From Myxococcales bacterium (GTDB lineage Bacteria; Desulfobacterota; Binatia; HRBIN30), in NCBI GenBank assembly GCA_037445065.1, contig JBBILD010000021.1, forward strand, positions 1-59,492: 59,492 nucleotides of DNA. Direction: 5' to 3'. The position numbers and the translations under genes are program-made. The number at the start of each line of letters is the position of its first letter. The first letter of the stretch is position 1. Below, piece after piece: positions 49,252 through 56,881 of this stretch. Below the pieces are notes generated by a model. It ran no database searches and was not told where the DNA came from. It saw nothing but the letters and a program-made list of their open reading frames with translations.

Positions 49252-51183
49252 CTACTCGCGCGTCAGGTAGGTGTAGGCTTGCAGGCCTTGCTCGTAGTGG
49301 CGCCTGAGCCGGGCTGACTCCTCCAGAGTGATTTGGCCGGCACGCATCGCATCCTCGATCGTGCGCCGCACCCGCTCCACGAGTGCCCCTTTGTCGTACT
49401 CCACGTAGCGCAGGACGTCGGTGACCGAGTCCCCCTCGACCACGTGCTCCACCTCGTAACGACCATCCGACCCGAGGCGGACATGGACCGCGTCCGTATC
49501 GCCAAACAAGTTGTGCAGGTCCCCTAAAATTTCCTGGTAGGCGCCAACCAAGAACACCCCCACGTAGTACGGCTGCCCGTTCCACGCGTGCAGCTCAAGC
49601 ACATCGCGCACGTCACGAGGATCAATGAAGCGGTCGATCTTGCCGTCGCTGTCGCAGGTCAAATCCGCAAAGATCCCACGGCGGGTGGGCTTCTCGTCCA
49701 GACGGTGGATGGGCATGACGGGGAAAAGCTGCTTCACCGCCCAGTGGTCGGGGGCTGACTGAAATACGGAAAAATTCCCGTAGTAAGTGTCCGCGAGCCC
49801 CTTCTCGAGCGGCTCCAGCTCCTCGGGTACATACGGCATGTCGCGAACGATGCGCAAAATCTTCTCGCAACAATCCCAGAACAGCCGCTCGACACGAGCC
49901 CGCTCCCGCAAGTCGAGGAAACCAAGATTGAACAGGTGGGTCGCCTCCTCCTTGAGCTGCAGGATGTCGTGGTAGGACTCGAGCACGTTTTTCTCGGAAA
50001 TCGTCTCGTACACCTCAGCCAGGTTCTGCACCACCTTCGGATCGCTTTCCGTCACCGGCTGCGGTGGGCGACCGGAAACCAGTTCGTGGACGCCGAGGAC
50101 GTCGAAGACCAGCACCGAGTGATGCGCCGTCATCGCCCGCCCGGCTTCCGTCACGATGTCCGGGTGCGGGATGCCCTTGCTGTCGCAGGCCTCCTGGATC
50201 GTGGCCACGACGTCATTCGCGTACTCCTGCACGGTGTAGTTCATGGAGGAGTGGAAATTGGTCTGCGAACCGTCGTAATCCACCCCCAAGCCGCCTCCGA
50301 CGTCGAGCAAATCCGGGCACGCGCCCATTTGGTGCAACCCCACGAAAATCATCGAGGCTTCCTTGAGCGCGTCTTTATGCGCGCGGATCGCCGTGATTTG
50401 CGACCCAATGTGGAAGTGAAGCAGTTTGAGGCAATCGAGCATGTCTTCTTCGCGCAGCTTCTCGATCGCCTCGACGATCTCCACCGCTGTGAGTCCGAAC
50501 TTGGAGCGGTCCCCCGTAGATTCCACCCACTTTCCGGCCCCCTTGGTGGTCAACTTCGCGCGAATTCCAATATTCGGCCGAATATTGAGGTCTCTCGCCA
50601 CACGAACGATCAGCTCCACCTCGTGCGCCCGATCGATGACGATGATCGGCGTCCGGCCCAGCCGCTGGGCGAGCAGTGCGGTTTCAATGTAGGTTCGATC
50701 CTTGTACCCGTTGCAAATGATGAGCGCCCCGGGCGTGTCGAGGATGGCGAGCGCGATGAGGAGTTCGGGCTTGCTCCCCGCCTCCAGGCCTACCTGAAGC
50801 GGTGCCCCATACTGCACGATCTCTTCCACCACGTGGCGCTGCTGGTTGACCTTGATGGGATAGACACCGCGGAACCGTCCCTGGTAGCCGTATTCTTGAA
50901 TTGCTCTCTGGAAAGCCCCGCACAAACCGCGCACGCGACTGGCCAAGATGTCGGAGAAGCGGATCAGCATGGGTGTGCGCAAGCCGCGCCGCTGCAGATC
51001 CTCGACCAGGTCGAGCAAATCGATTGCCGGGCCGCCCTCCCCTCGCGGGCGCACCTCCACGTGCCCGCGGTCGTTGATACCAAAAAAACCCGCGCCCCAA
51101 TTGGCCACGTTGTACAGTTCGGCACTGTCGCGCACGGTCCAGCCGCGAATCAACGAGCCGTTTTCCCGGATTCTCAAGTTCAT
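49252..51183 (-). CDS. speA: Biosynthetic arginine decarboxylase
   Basis: YPIKVNQQ, GLEAGSKPEL, HFHIGSQ, DVGGGLGVDYDG, DLTCDSDG, GAYQEILGDLHNLFG. Confidence 0.97.
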   Translation of the reverse strand: MNLRIRENGSLIRGWTVRDSAELYNVANWGAGFFGINDRGHVEVRPRGEGGPAIDLLDLVEDLQRRGLRTPMLIRFSDILASRVRGLCGAFQRAIQEYGYQGRFRGVYPIKVNQQRHVVEEIVQYGAPLQVGLEAGSKPELLIALAILDTPGALIICNGYKDRTYIETALLAQRLGRTPIIVIDRAHEVELIVRVARDLNIRPNIGIRAKLTTKGAGKWVESTGDRSKFGLTAVEIVEAIEKLREEDMLDCLKLLHFHIGSQITAIRAHKDALKEASMIFVGLHQMGACPDLLDVGGGLGVDYDGSQTNFHSSMNYTVQEYANDVVATIQEACDSKGIPHPDIVTEAGRAMTAHHSVLVFDVLGVHELVSGRPPQPVTESDPKVVQNLAEVYETISEKNVLESYHDILQLKEEATHLFNLGFLDLRERARVERLFWDCCEKILRIVRDMPYVPEELEPLEKGLADTYYGNFSVFQSAPDHWAVKQLFPVMPIHRLDEKPTRRGIFADLTCDSDGKIDRFIDPRDVRDVLELHAWNGQPYYVGVFLVGAYQEILGDLHNLFGDTDAVHVRLGSDGRYEVEHVVEGDSVTDVLRYVEYDKGALVERVRRTIEDAMRAGQITLEESARLRRHYEQGLQAYTYLTRE

Positions 51184-51242
51184 CGTCTCTCTTGTCCGAA
51201 CTTTCTACGCCGCATTAGTGGTTTTGGGCAATTTACGCAATG

Positions 51243-51279
51243 AAAAAAGGGACCGGGTGCTACAAGCACCCGGTCCCTT
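51243..51279 (-). terminator. Intrinsic terminator after paralog B'
   Basis: Minus strand AAGGGACCGGGTGC-TTGTA-GCACCCGGTCCCTTTTTT. Confidence 0.85.
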
Positions 51280-51315
51280 GACGCTCTTCCTCCGGCAAAC
51301 CGAGCGCGGACCGAA

Positions 51316-52458
51316 TCACAAACCAGACGGCTGCGCAGCGGGCAGCAAAATGATGTCTGCTTGGGTGCGAATCCCCCGTTGGTGAACATTCGACGCGTTC
51401 GAAAAGGCCGCCTGACCTGCCGTGTGGAACTCCTCGGTAATCGCCAACAGCCCCGTGCCCCGCACCGGATCGTTGGTCTGAACTCCACGCACGATGGTCT
51501 GGCCGGTTAAGGTTCCCTGCACCGCCACGTTGAAGATCGAGAACGCATCGTCTCCGGTTCCGGGCCGCGTATCGATATCAGAGAGCGCGATTTCCTGGAA
51601 GCAGGTCACGCTACGGCTCGTCGAGAAACGCTGCTCGAACTCATTGAACACCAGGTACTGCGCCACCACGCTCCGCGGGGCCTGGAAGTTGAAGTCCTGC
51701 GAGCACGGCACAAGGGTGAGATCCGTTCGAATGGTCGGGCTTCCAACGACCCGCGGGCCCGCGCCGTCGAAGAAGTGATTCAGCAACAACAAGTTCGGGC
51801 AGCCATTGTACTCTGCACCTAGGACCAGCGTATTGTCGCGGTTGTTCGCGCCTTCGATGGCCTGGATGCCGATGGCGTTATAGCCGCGCACATCCACACC
51901 TTCCTGGATGGTGGCTTCACCCTTGAGCCAGTTTTGATCCACCGGCAACTCGTCGTCCCCAACTTGCACGCATTTGAGTTCCCCCACCATTGGATCGTCC
52001 GGGGAAGGCGGAATGCTGCCCGAGTTAAACTCACCCTTGGGCCCAGGCTGATTCGCAAGGGGCAGATCCGGCAACCCGTCCCGAACCGAAAACACGATGG
52101 GCTGCTTCGAGGTCAGGCGGAACGCAAAGTCCGTCTCTTGCCATCCGGGAACGCAAAAGCCCGGCTGCGAGCAGGTGTTGGGGCCATTCGGATTACACAC
52201 CTCGAACGGAGCACTCGAACAGCGACCGTTCGCGTTTACGTAAAAGCAGCGAACGTTGACTGGCTGATTTTCAACGTTCGAAATCTGAATCAGGGTATCC
52301 ACTCCGTTGCTGGAATCCACCACGACTTTCGGGAACACCAGAATTGCCGCCGGATTCGTGGAAGACACGTCGGCCCGCAACGCGCCAACCCCGAACCCCA
52401 AACCGGCCAGCAGCCCCAACGCTCCAGTCCCTTTCCGCATCCAGTTGACCGTACGCAT
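51316..52458 (-). CDS. Secreted protein of unknown function, paralog family member B'
   Basis: AAGGAG RBS, signal peptide (LRA/DV), family motifs and a 4-Cys insert; DTRPG.GDDAFSIFNV is shared with member B. Confidence 0.85.
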   Translation of the reverse strand: MRTVNWMRKGTGALGLLAGLGFGVGALRADVSSTNPAAILVFPKVVVDSSNGVDTLIQISNVENQPVNVRCFYVNANGRCSSAPFEVCNPNGPNTCSQPGFCVPGWQETDFAFRLTSKQPIVFSVRDGLPDLPLANQPGPKGEFNSGSIPPSPDDPMVGELKCVQVGDDELPVDQNWLKGEATIQEGVDVRGYNAIGIQAIEGANNRDNTLVLGAEYNGCPNLLLLNHFFDGAGPRVVGSPTIRTDLTLVPCSQDFNFQAPRSVVAQYLVFNEFEQRFSTSRSVTCFQEIALSDIDTRPGTGDDAFSIFNVAVQGTLTGQTIVRGVQTNDPVRGTGLLAITEEFHTAGQAAFSNASNVHQRGIRTQADIILLPAAQPSGL

Positions 52459-52518
52459 CGTTCTTCTCCTTTCCCTCACCTCGCTCGGCGCTCCTCTACC
52501 GCTTCCCAGGCCACCGCT

Positions 52519-53598
52519 TTACTCGCGCGGGGCTAACAAGATCGTGTCCGGCCCGTTTGGCGGGATGAAGCTTCCCGTGGTATGGAGACTGTGCATGACC
52601 GTCCCTTGACTTCCGCCAGTCGAAACGAACCGCCGAGCCACACCAATCACGCCGCCAGAGTCACCATTCGGCTGTACAACCGGAGTGATCTCGGTCATCG
52701 CTACGGTCGTGCCAAGCACCGTATCAGAGAAAACAGAGTTGTTGAGCCCACCAAAGTCCAGCGTATTCAGGAACTGCGACAGATAGCAAGTCACCGTGGT
52801 GCTCGCCGAGAAGCGCTCCTCGAATTCGTTCCAAACCAAGAACTGCACAGTTACCGACTTTGGCTGCTGATTCTCCAAGTCCTGGGCGCAAGGGACCAAC
52901 GTCAATTCCGTCAACGCCCTGCCCCCGCCATGCTCGGCGTCCTCAGCAAAGTGATTGAGCCAGAGCTTTTCAGGGCAAGCGGCGTAGACTTCGCCGTCCA
53001 ACACCAGCGGATTCGAGGGCTGCGCGTCCGGGTTGGCCTCGATGCCAATGGCGTTGTAACGCGAGGTATCTCCAGACGAGGCTACCAGCACCGCCGAGCC
53101 CCGCAGGTGGTTTCCAGCCACCGGCTCACCCGATGCCGTAACCTCAACGCACTTAAGTTCGCCCTCGAAGTCCGGCTTCGGAGGAATGTGGCCGGGATCG
53201 AAACCGGATCCGTCGTTGCCGATCCCATCCGTGAGGTCCACCTGCCGCCCATTGGCCACCGACCAGTGCGTCGGCTGCTGTCGGGTGAGCCATATGTCAA
53301 AATCCGTCTCTTGCCACAAAGCCTGGCATGTTGCGCTCGGGCGCGAACAGCGCTGACCCGTCACAACATCGAACAGCCGCGCATCAATGTAATTGCAGTG
53401 CGCCTGAATCAGCGAGTTGCTCGTGTTGACAATTTGGATGATCGTATCCTCGGACGCAGAAGCGACCACCTTTGGAAAGACGAGGACCGAAGCCGCCTTC
53501 TCCGACGTCACGTCAGCCCGCGCTGCCGACGTCAAGACCCCCAGGACGACGGCGATCCCAAGTCCCGAGAGGAATCCATCCCACTTCACCATTCGCAT
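52519..53598 (-). CDS. Secreted protein of unknown function, paralog family member A'
   Basis: AAGGAGGAGG RBS, signal peptide (ARA/DV), family motifs; G.DPG.IPP and QDLEN are shared with member A. Confidence 0.85.
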   Translation of the reverse strand: MRMVKWDGFLSGLGIAVVLGVLTSAARADVTSEKAASVLVFPKVVASASEDTIIQIVNTSNSLIQAHCNYIDARLFDVVTGQRCSRPSATCQALWQETDFDIWLTRQQPTHWSVANGRQVDLTDGIGNDGSGFDPGHIPPKPDFEGELKCVEVTASGEPVAGNHLRGSAVLVASSGDTSRYNAIGIEANPDAQPSNPLVLDGEVYAACPEKLWLNHFAEDAEHGGGRALTELTLVPCAQDLENQQPKSVTVQFLVWNEFEERFSASTTVTCYLSQFLNTLDFGGLNNSVFSDTVLGTTVAMTEITPVVQPNGDSGGVIGVARRFVSTGGSQGTVMHSLHTTGSFIPPNGPDTILLAPRE

Positions 53599-53701
53599 TG
53601 CCCTCCTCCTTTCCAGTCGACCGAACCTGCCCTCACTCCCTCCACCCTGCCTTTCTCCTCAGAGCGGATGCGCCTCCCTCGGCACCGCGGAAGTGGGCGC
53701 T

Positions 53702-53731
53702 TACATACTCAAAAACTCGTGGCATTGTCAA
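53702..53731 (-). promoter_or_regulatory. Putative sigma70 promoter of paralog cluster 2
   Basis: Minus strand TTGACA-N18-TATGTA about 100 nt upstream of ATG 53598. Confidence 0.55.
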
Positions 53732-53891
53732 GGAAGAAACGCGGTTGGGCGCAATTCCACGCCGGGCAAGCCCAGGTGCGCAGATCGCTGCCCAATGCCC
53801 CTTGGCCGCCCTGCTCGGCCGTACAAAGGACCAATCCTCTAGCTCTTCTCTCACGATCCCAACCCCACCGCGTTCCCACCGGCTGCAACTG

Positions 53892-55250
53892 TCAGGCACG
53901 AACGATCTTTTCCCGACCCGCACGCACTTCCTTGGTCGCGTTACGCGTGTCGATGACGAGCCTGCTCTTGGCAACGATGAACTCATAATCGAATACGGAG
54001 TGATCCGTCGCGATCACCACCGCATCCGCTCGCTCCAACTCATCACGTGTCAGCGGCACAGAGGACATGTTAAAATCATATTTCCGCGATCGCTTCAAGA
54101 CCGGAACGTACGGATCGTGGTAACTGACCCGCGCACCTTTTTGCAAAAGAAGTTCGATGAGTCGCAAGGCCGGCGATTCGCGCGTGTCATCCAGATCCTT
54201 TTTATATGCGACCCCCAAAACCAGCACCCGTGCGCCTTTGATACTTTTTTGCTGTTCGTTGAGTGCATCCGCGAGCTTTCCAATCACGTACGCCGGCATG
54301 CTGTGATTGATCTCGCCGGCTAACTCGATGAAGCGGGTGGTCAGCTCGTACTGGCGCGCCTTCCAGGTAAGGTAAAAAGGATCGATCGGGATACAGTGCC
54401 CCCCCAGTCCAGGCCCGGGGTAAAACGGGGTGAAGCCAAACGGCTTGGTGGCAGCCGCGTCAATCACTTCCCACACATCGATCCCCATCCGGTCGAACAG
54501 GACCTTCAGTTCGTTGACCAGCGCGATGTTCACACACCGGTAGATGTTTTCCAGCAGCTTTGCCGCCTCCGCGACACGCGCAGAACTCACCGGGACTACC
54601 TTTTCCAACACCGATGCGTACAGGGCCACGGCCACTTCTCCGCAGGCCGGCGTGACTCCGCCCACTAGTTTGGGGATGTTACGCGTCCGAAACGTTGGGT
54701 TGTTTGGGTCTTCCCGCTCAGGAGAAAACGCCAAGTAAAAGTCCACGCCGACCCGTAGCCCCGATGCCTCCAGGATCTCCCGTACCACTTCATCGGTGGT
54801 CCCTGGGTAGGTGGTACTCTCCAGCACCACGAGTTGGCCTGGATGCAGGTTCTGGGCAATCGTGTGGGCGGTGCCTTCCACGTACGAAAGGTCCGGATCT
54901 CGGTTTGCACTGAGCGGTGTGGGGACACAAATCAGCGCGGCGTCGCAAAGCTGCAGTTGCGAAAAATCTGCGGTCGGTAAAAAGCGCCCGTCGCCCCGCG
55001 ACACGCTCTCCCGAGCCAGGATTTGCTTCAATCGTTCAGACGGGATATGGCGGATGTAGCTGCGCCCCGCCTTCAACTCTTCCACCTTGCCTCGGTCCAC
55101 ATCGAAGCCGATGACCGAGACTCCGCCCTCGGCAAAGGTCGCTGCTAGCGGCAAACCGACGTAGCCGAGACCGATGATCCCCACGATCCCCTGCCGCGAA
55201 CGGAAGCGGTCAATGACTTCGTCGAATGAAGGACGTTCTGGCACTGGCAC
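53892..55250 (-). CDS. Nucleotide-sugar 6-dehydrogenase (WbpA/WecC-like, likely UDP-GlcNAc)
   Basis: GLGYVGLP, ICVPTP, ESTTYPGTT, FSPER.DP, KLLEN, GGHCIPIDP, D.RESP. Confidence 0.93.
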   Translation of the reverse strand: MPVPERPSFDEVIDRFRSRQGIVGIIGLGYVGLPLAATFAEGGVSVIGFDVDRGKVEELKAGRSYIRHIPSERLKQILARESVSRGDGRFLPTADFSQLQLCDAALICVPTPLSANRDPDLSYVEGTAHTIAQNLHPGQLVVLESTTYPGTTDEVVREILEASGLRVGVDFYLAFSPEREDPNNPTFRTRNIPKLVGGVTPACGEVAVALYASVLEKVVPVSSARVAEAAKLLENIYRCVNIALVNELKVLFDRMGIDVWEVIDAAATKPFGFTPFYPGPGLGGHCIPIDPFYLTWKARQYELTTRFIELAGEINHSMPAYVIGKLADALNEQQKSIKGARVLVLGVAYKKDLDDTRESPALRLIELLLQKGARVSYHDPYVPVLKRSRKYDFNMSSVPLTRDELERADAVVIATDHSVFDYEFIVAKSRLVIDTRNATKEVRAGREKIVRA

Positions 55251-55268
55251 CTCGCGCGGCGAAGGATC

Positions 55269-56831
55269 CTAACCCCTCTCGATCCGGTTGCGCTTTCTCC
55301 ACCATAACAACGCCGCGGGCAGCAACAACCAAGCAGACGACCAGCCCCGGCGATGCGCTCCCGCGATGTTGCAATCGCAGCCATCACCTTCTGCCGACAC
55401 CGCCGTCGCGGTTGCGGTGGGGGTGCGAACCGGCGTGCGGGTCACCGTGGGGCCGGTTACCGTCCCTGTCACGGTGGGCGACGCCGGAATGGGCGTTGCC
55501 GTGGGTGTGCGTGTCGCGCTCGGTGAGACCACACCCGTGCTTGTGTGCGTGGGTGTGAGCGTGACTGTCGCCGCAGGCGTCGTGGGGCTTGGCGTCGGGG
55601 TGGGTTCGACGCATACAAGGCCTTCCCGGCCCGTGGCCGACGGAATCCGTTGGCCTTGCGCGTCGCTCGCGATCACGTTGGTCACCGCCAGGGTGGTCTC
55701 CTCCGCGTTCACCGTCACATTACACCGGTACAGCTCTGAACCGTCGGGGATCGGGTTCGTGTTTTCAAACGAAATCACCACGGCGCGCACCGCCCGGCAC
55801 TCGTTCTCAGGGCAGTGCGCAGGAAGGAAAGCGAACGCCGAACCTTCCTTGCCAAGGGCTGGGTTCACTGTACAATCCGGCCGCCCATTGTTCAGCCGGT
55901 TCACTCGAACTCCCGTACCGAATTCCAAGTCGTTCTGAGTGGCCACCACCTCGCTGCCTCCCGCCACCAAGCGGACAACGACCGTCCCTTGCCCTTGAGT
56001 GGCAAGCACCAGGTCCTCGGCAAACACCGCCGGGCCGCTCGGCGCCGGACGCGGCGACGGGCAAGGTGTGCGTCCGACGGGAGGCGTGGTCGGCCCAGGA
56101 GATACTGGAGTCGTCGGTACTTCGGTTGGCGTATCGGTGTGAGTCGGGGTGGGCGTCGGTGTCGAGGTTGGAGGAGTGCCGGTATTCGTAGGCGTGAAAG
56201 TCGGGCCCGGGGTGCCGGGGACGATCCTGCCTGGGTGCAACATGATCTCCCCAGGCAACGCTCGGGCGGGGATCGAGTTATCCGCCACCTGCAACCGCTC
56301 TGCAGTGATGCTCAACGGCCCTTCCTCGGCATCCGCGCGGATCGCAAACACGCAGCGCAAAATGTCTCCGTCCGTTATCGTCGGTAGTGGCAGCTGCGTT
56401 CCCACGACCGCGAAGCGAAGCCGGTATGCATTGGGGCCCACGTTCTGGAAGTCGGGCGGAATCACTTCGAGGAGGTGCTCTGACAGGCGCGGGTCGAGCG
56501 CACACTCGCCAGGCGCAAAGCGGCACGGGTCCCCATCCGCGCACTGCTCAGAAAGGGTGCAGCCCTGGCCATTCGTGCAACGTCCCCCGAGGTTCCACTG
56601 CCGGGTGTCGAACAGGAGATCGAAGTTGATTGTCGCTACGGCACCGTCCTGCGCGTCGCGCGTCATGCGCACATCCAACACGACTTGCCCGCCAGGAGCC
56701 GAGTCGGTCGTCGTCACGTGAAGTACAACAGCCGCCTTGGCACTCGCGGCAGAAAGCATCATCCCCAGGGCCGCCAAGAGGCTCACCCCCGGCCCTCGCC
56801 TACGCCCCCGTTTTGTTCGCTCCAGCACCAT
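55269..56831 (-). CDS. Surface scaffold protein: two cohesin-like domains, Pro/Thr linkers and a MYXO-CTERM-like anchor
   Basis: Signal peptide (AKA/AV); two beta-sandwich modules (V.V...VAT..DL.F...DG.L.RC.F...V.D); C-terminal GDGCDC...WLLLPAALLWWRKR. Start after GGAGG. Confidence 0.7.
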   Translation of the reverse strand: MVLERTKRGRRRGPGVSLLAALGMMLSAASAKAAVVLHVTTTDSAPGGQVVLDVRMTRDAQDGAVATINFDLLFDTRQWNLGGRCTNGQGCTLSEQCADGDPCRFAPGECALDPRLSEHLLEVIPPDFQNVGPNAYRLRFAVVGTQLPLPTITDGDILRCVFAIRADAEEGPLSITAERLQVADNSIPARALPGEIMLHPGRIVPGTPGPTFTPTNTGTPPTSTPTPTPTHTDTPTEVPTTPVSPGPTTPPVGRTPCPSPRPAPSGPAVFAEDLVLATQGQGTVVVRLVAGGSEVVATQNDLEFGTGVRVNRLNNGRPDCTVNPALGKEGSAFAFLPAHCPENECRAVRAVVISFENTNPIPDGSELYRCNVTVNAEETTLAVTNVIASDAQGQRIPSATGREGLVCVEPTPTPSPTTPAATVTLTPTHTSTGVVSPSATRTPTATPIPASPTVTGTVTGPTVTRTPVRTPTATATAVSAEGDGCDCNIAGAHRRGWSSAWLLLPAALLWWRKRNRIERG

Positions 56832-56881
56832 GCCCCTTTCCTCCTGCCTCATGGCCATCTCGATACCAATCCACACGCTCT

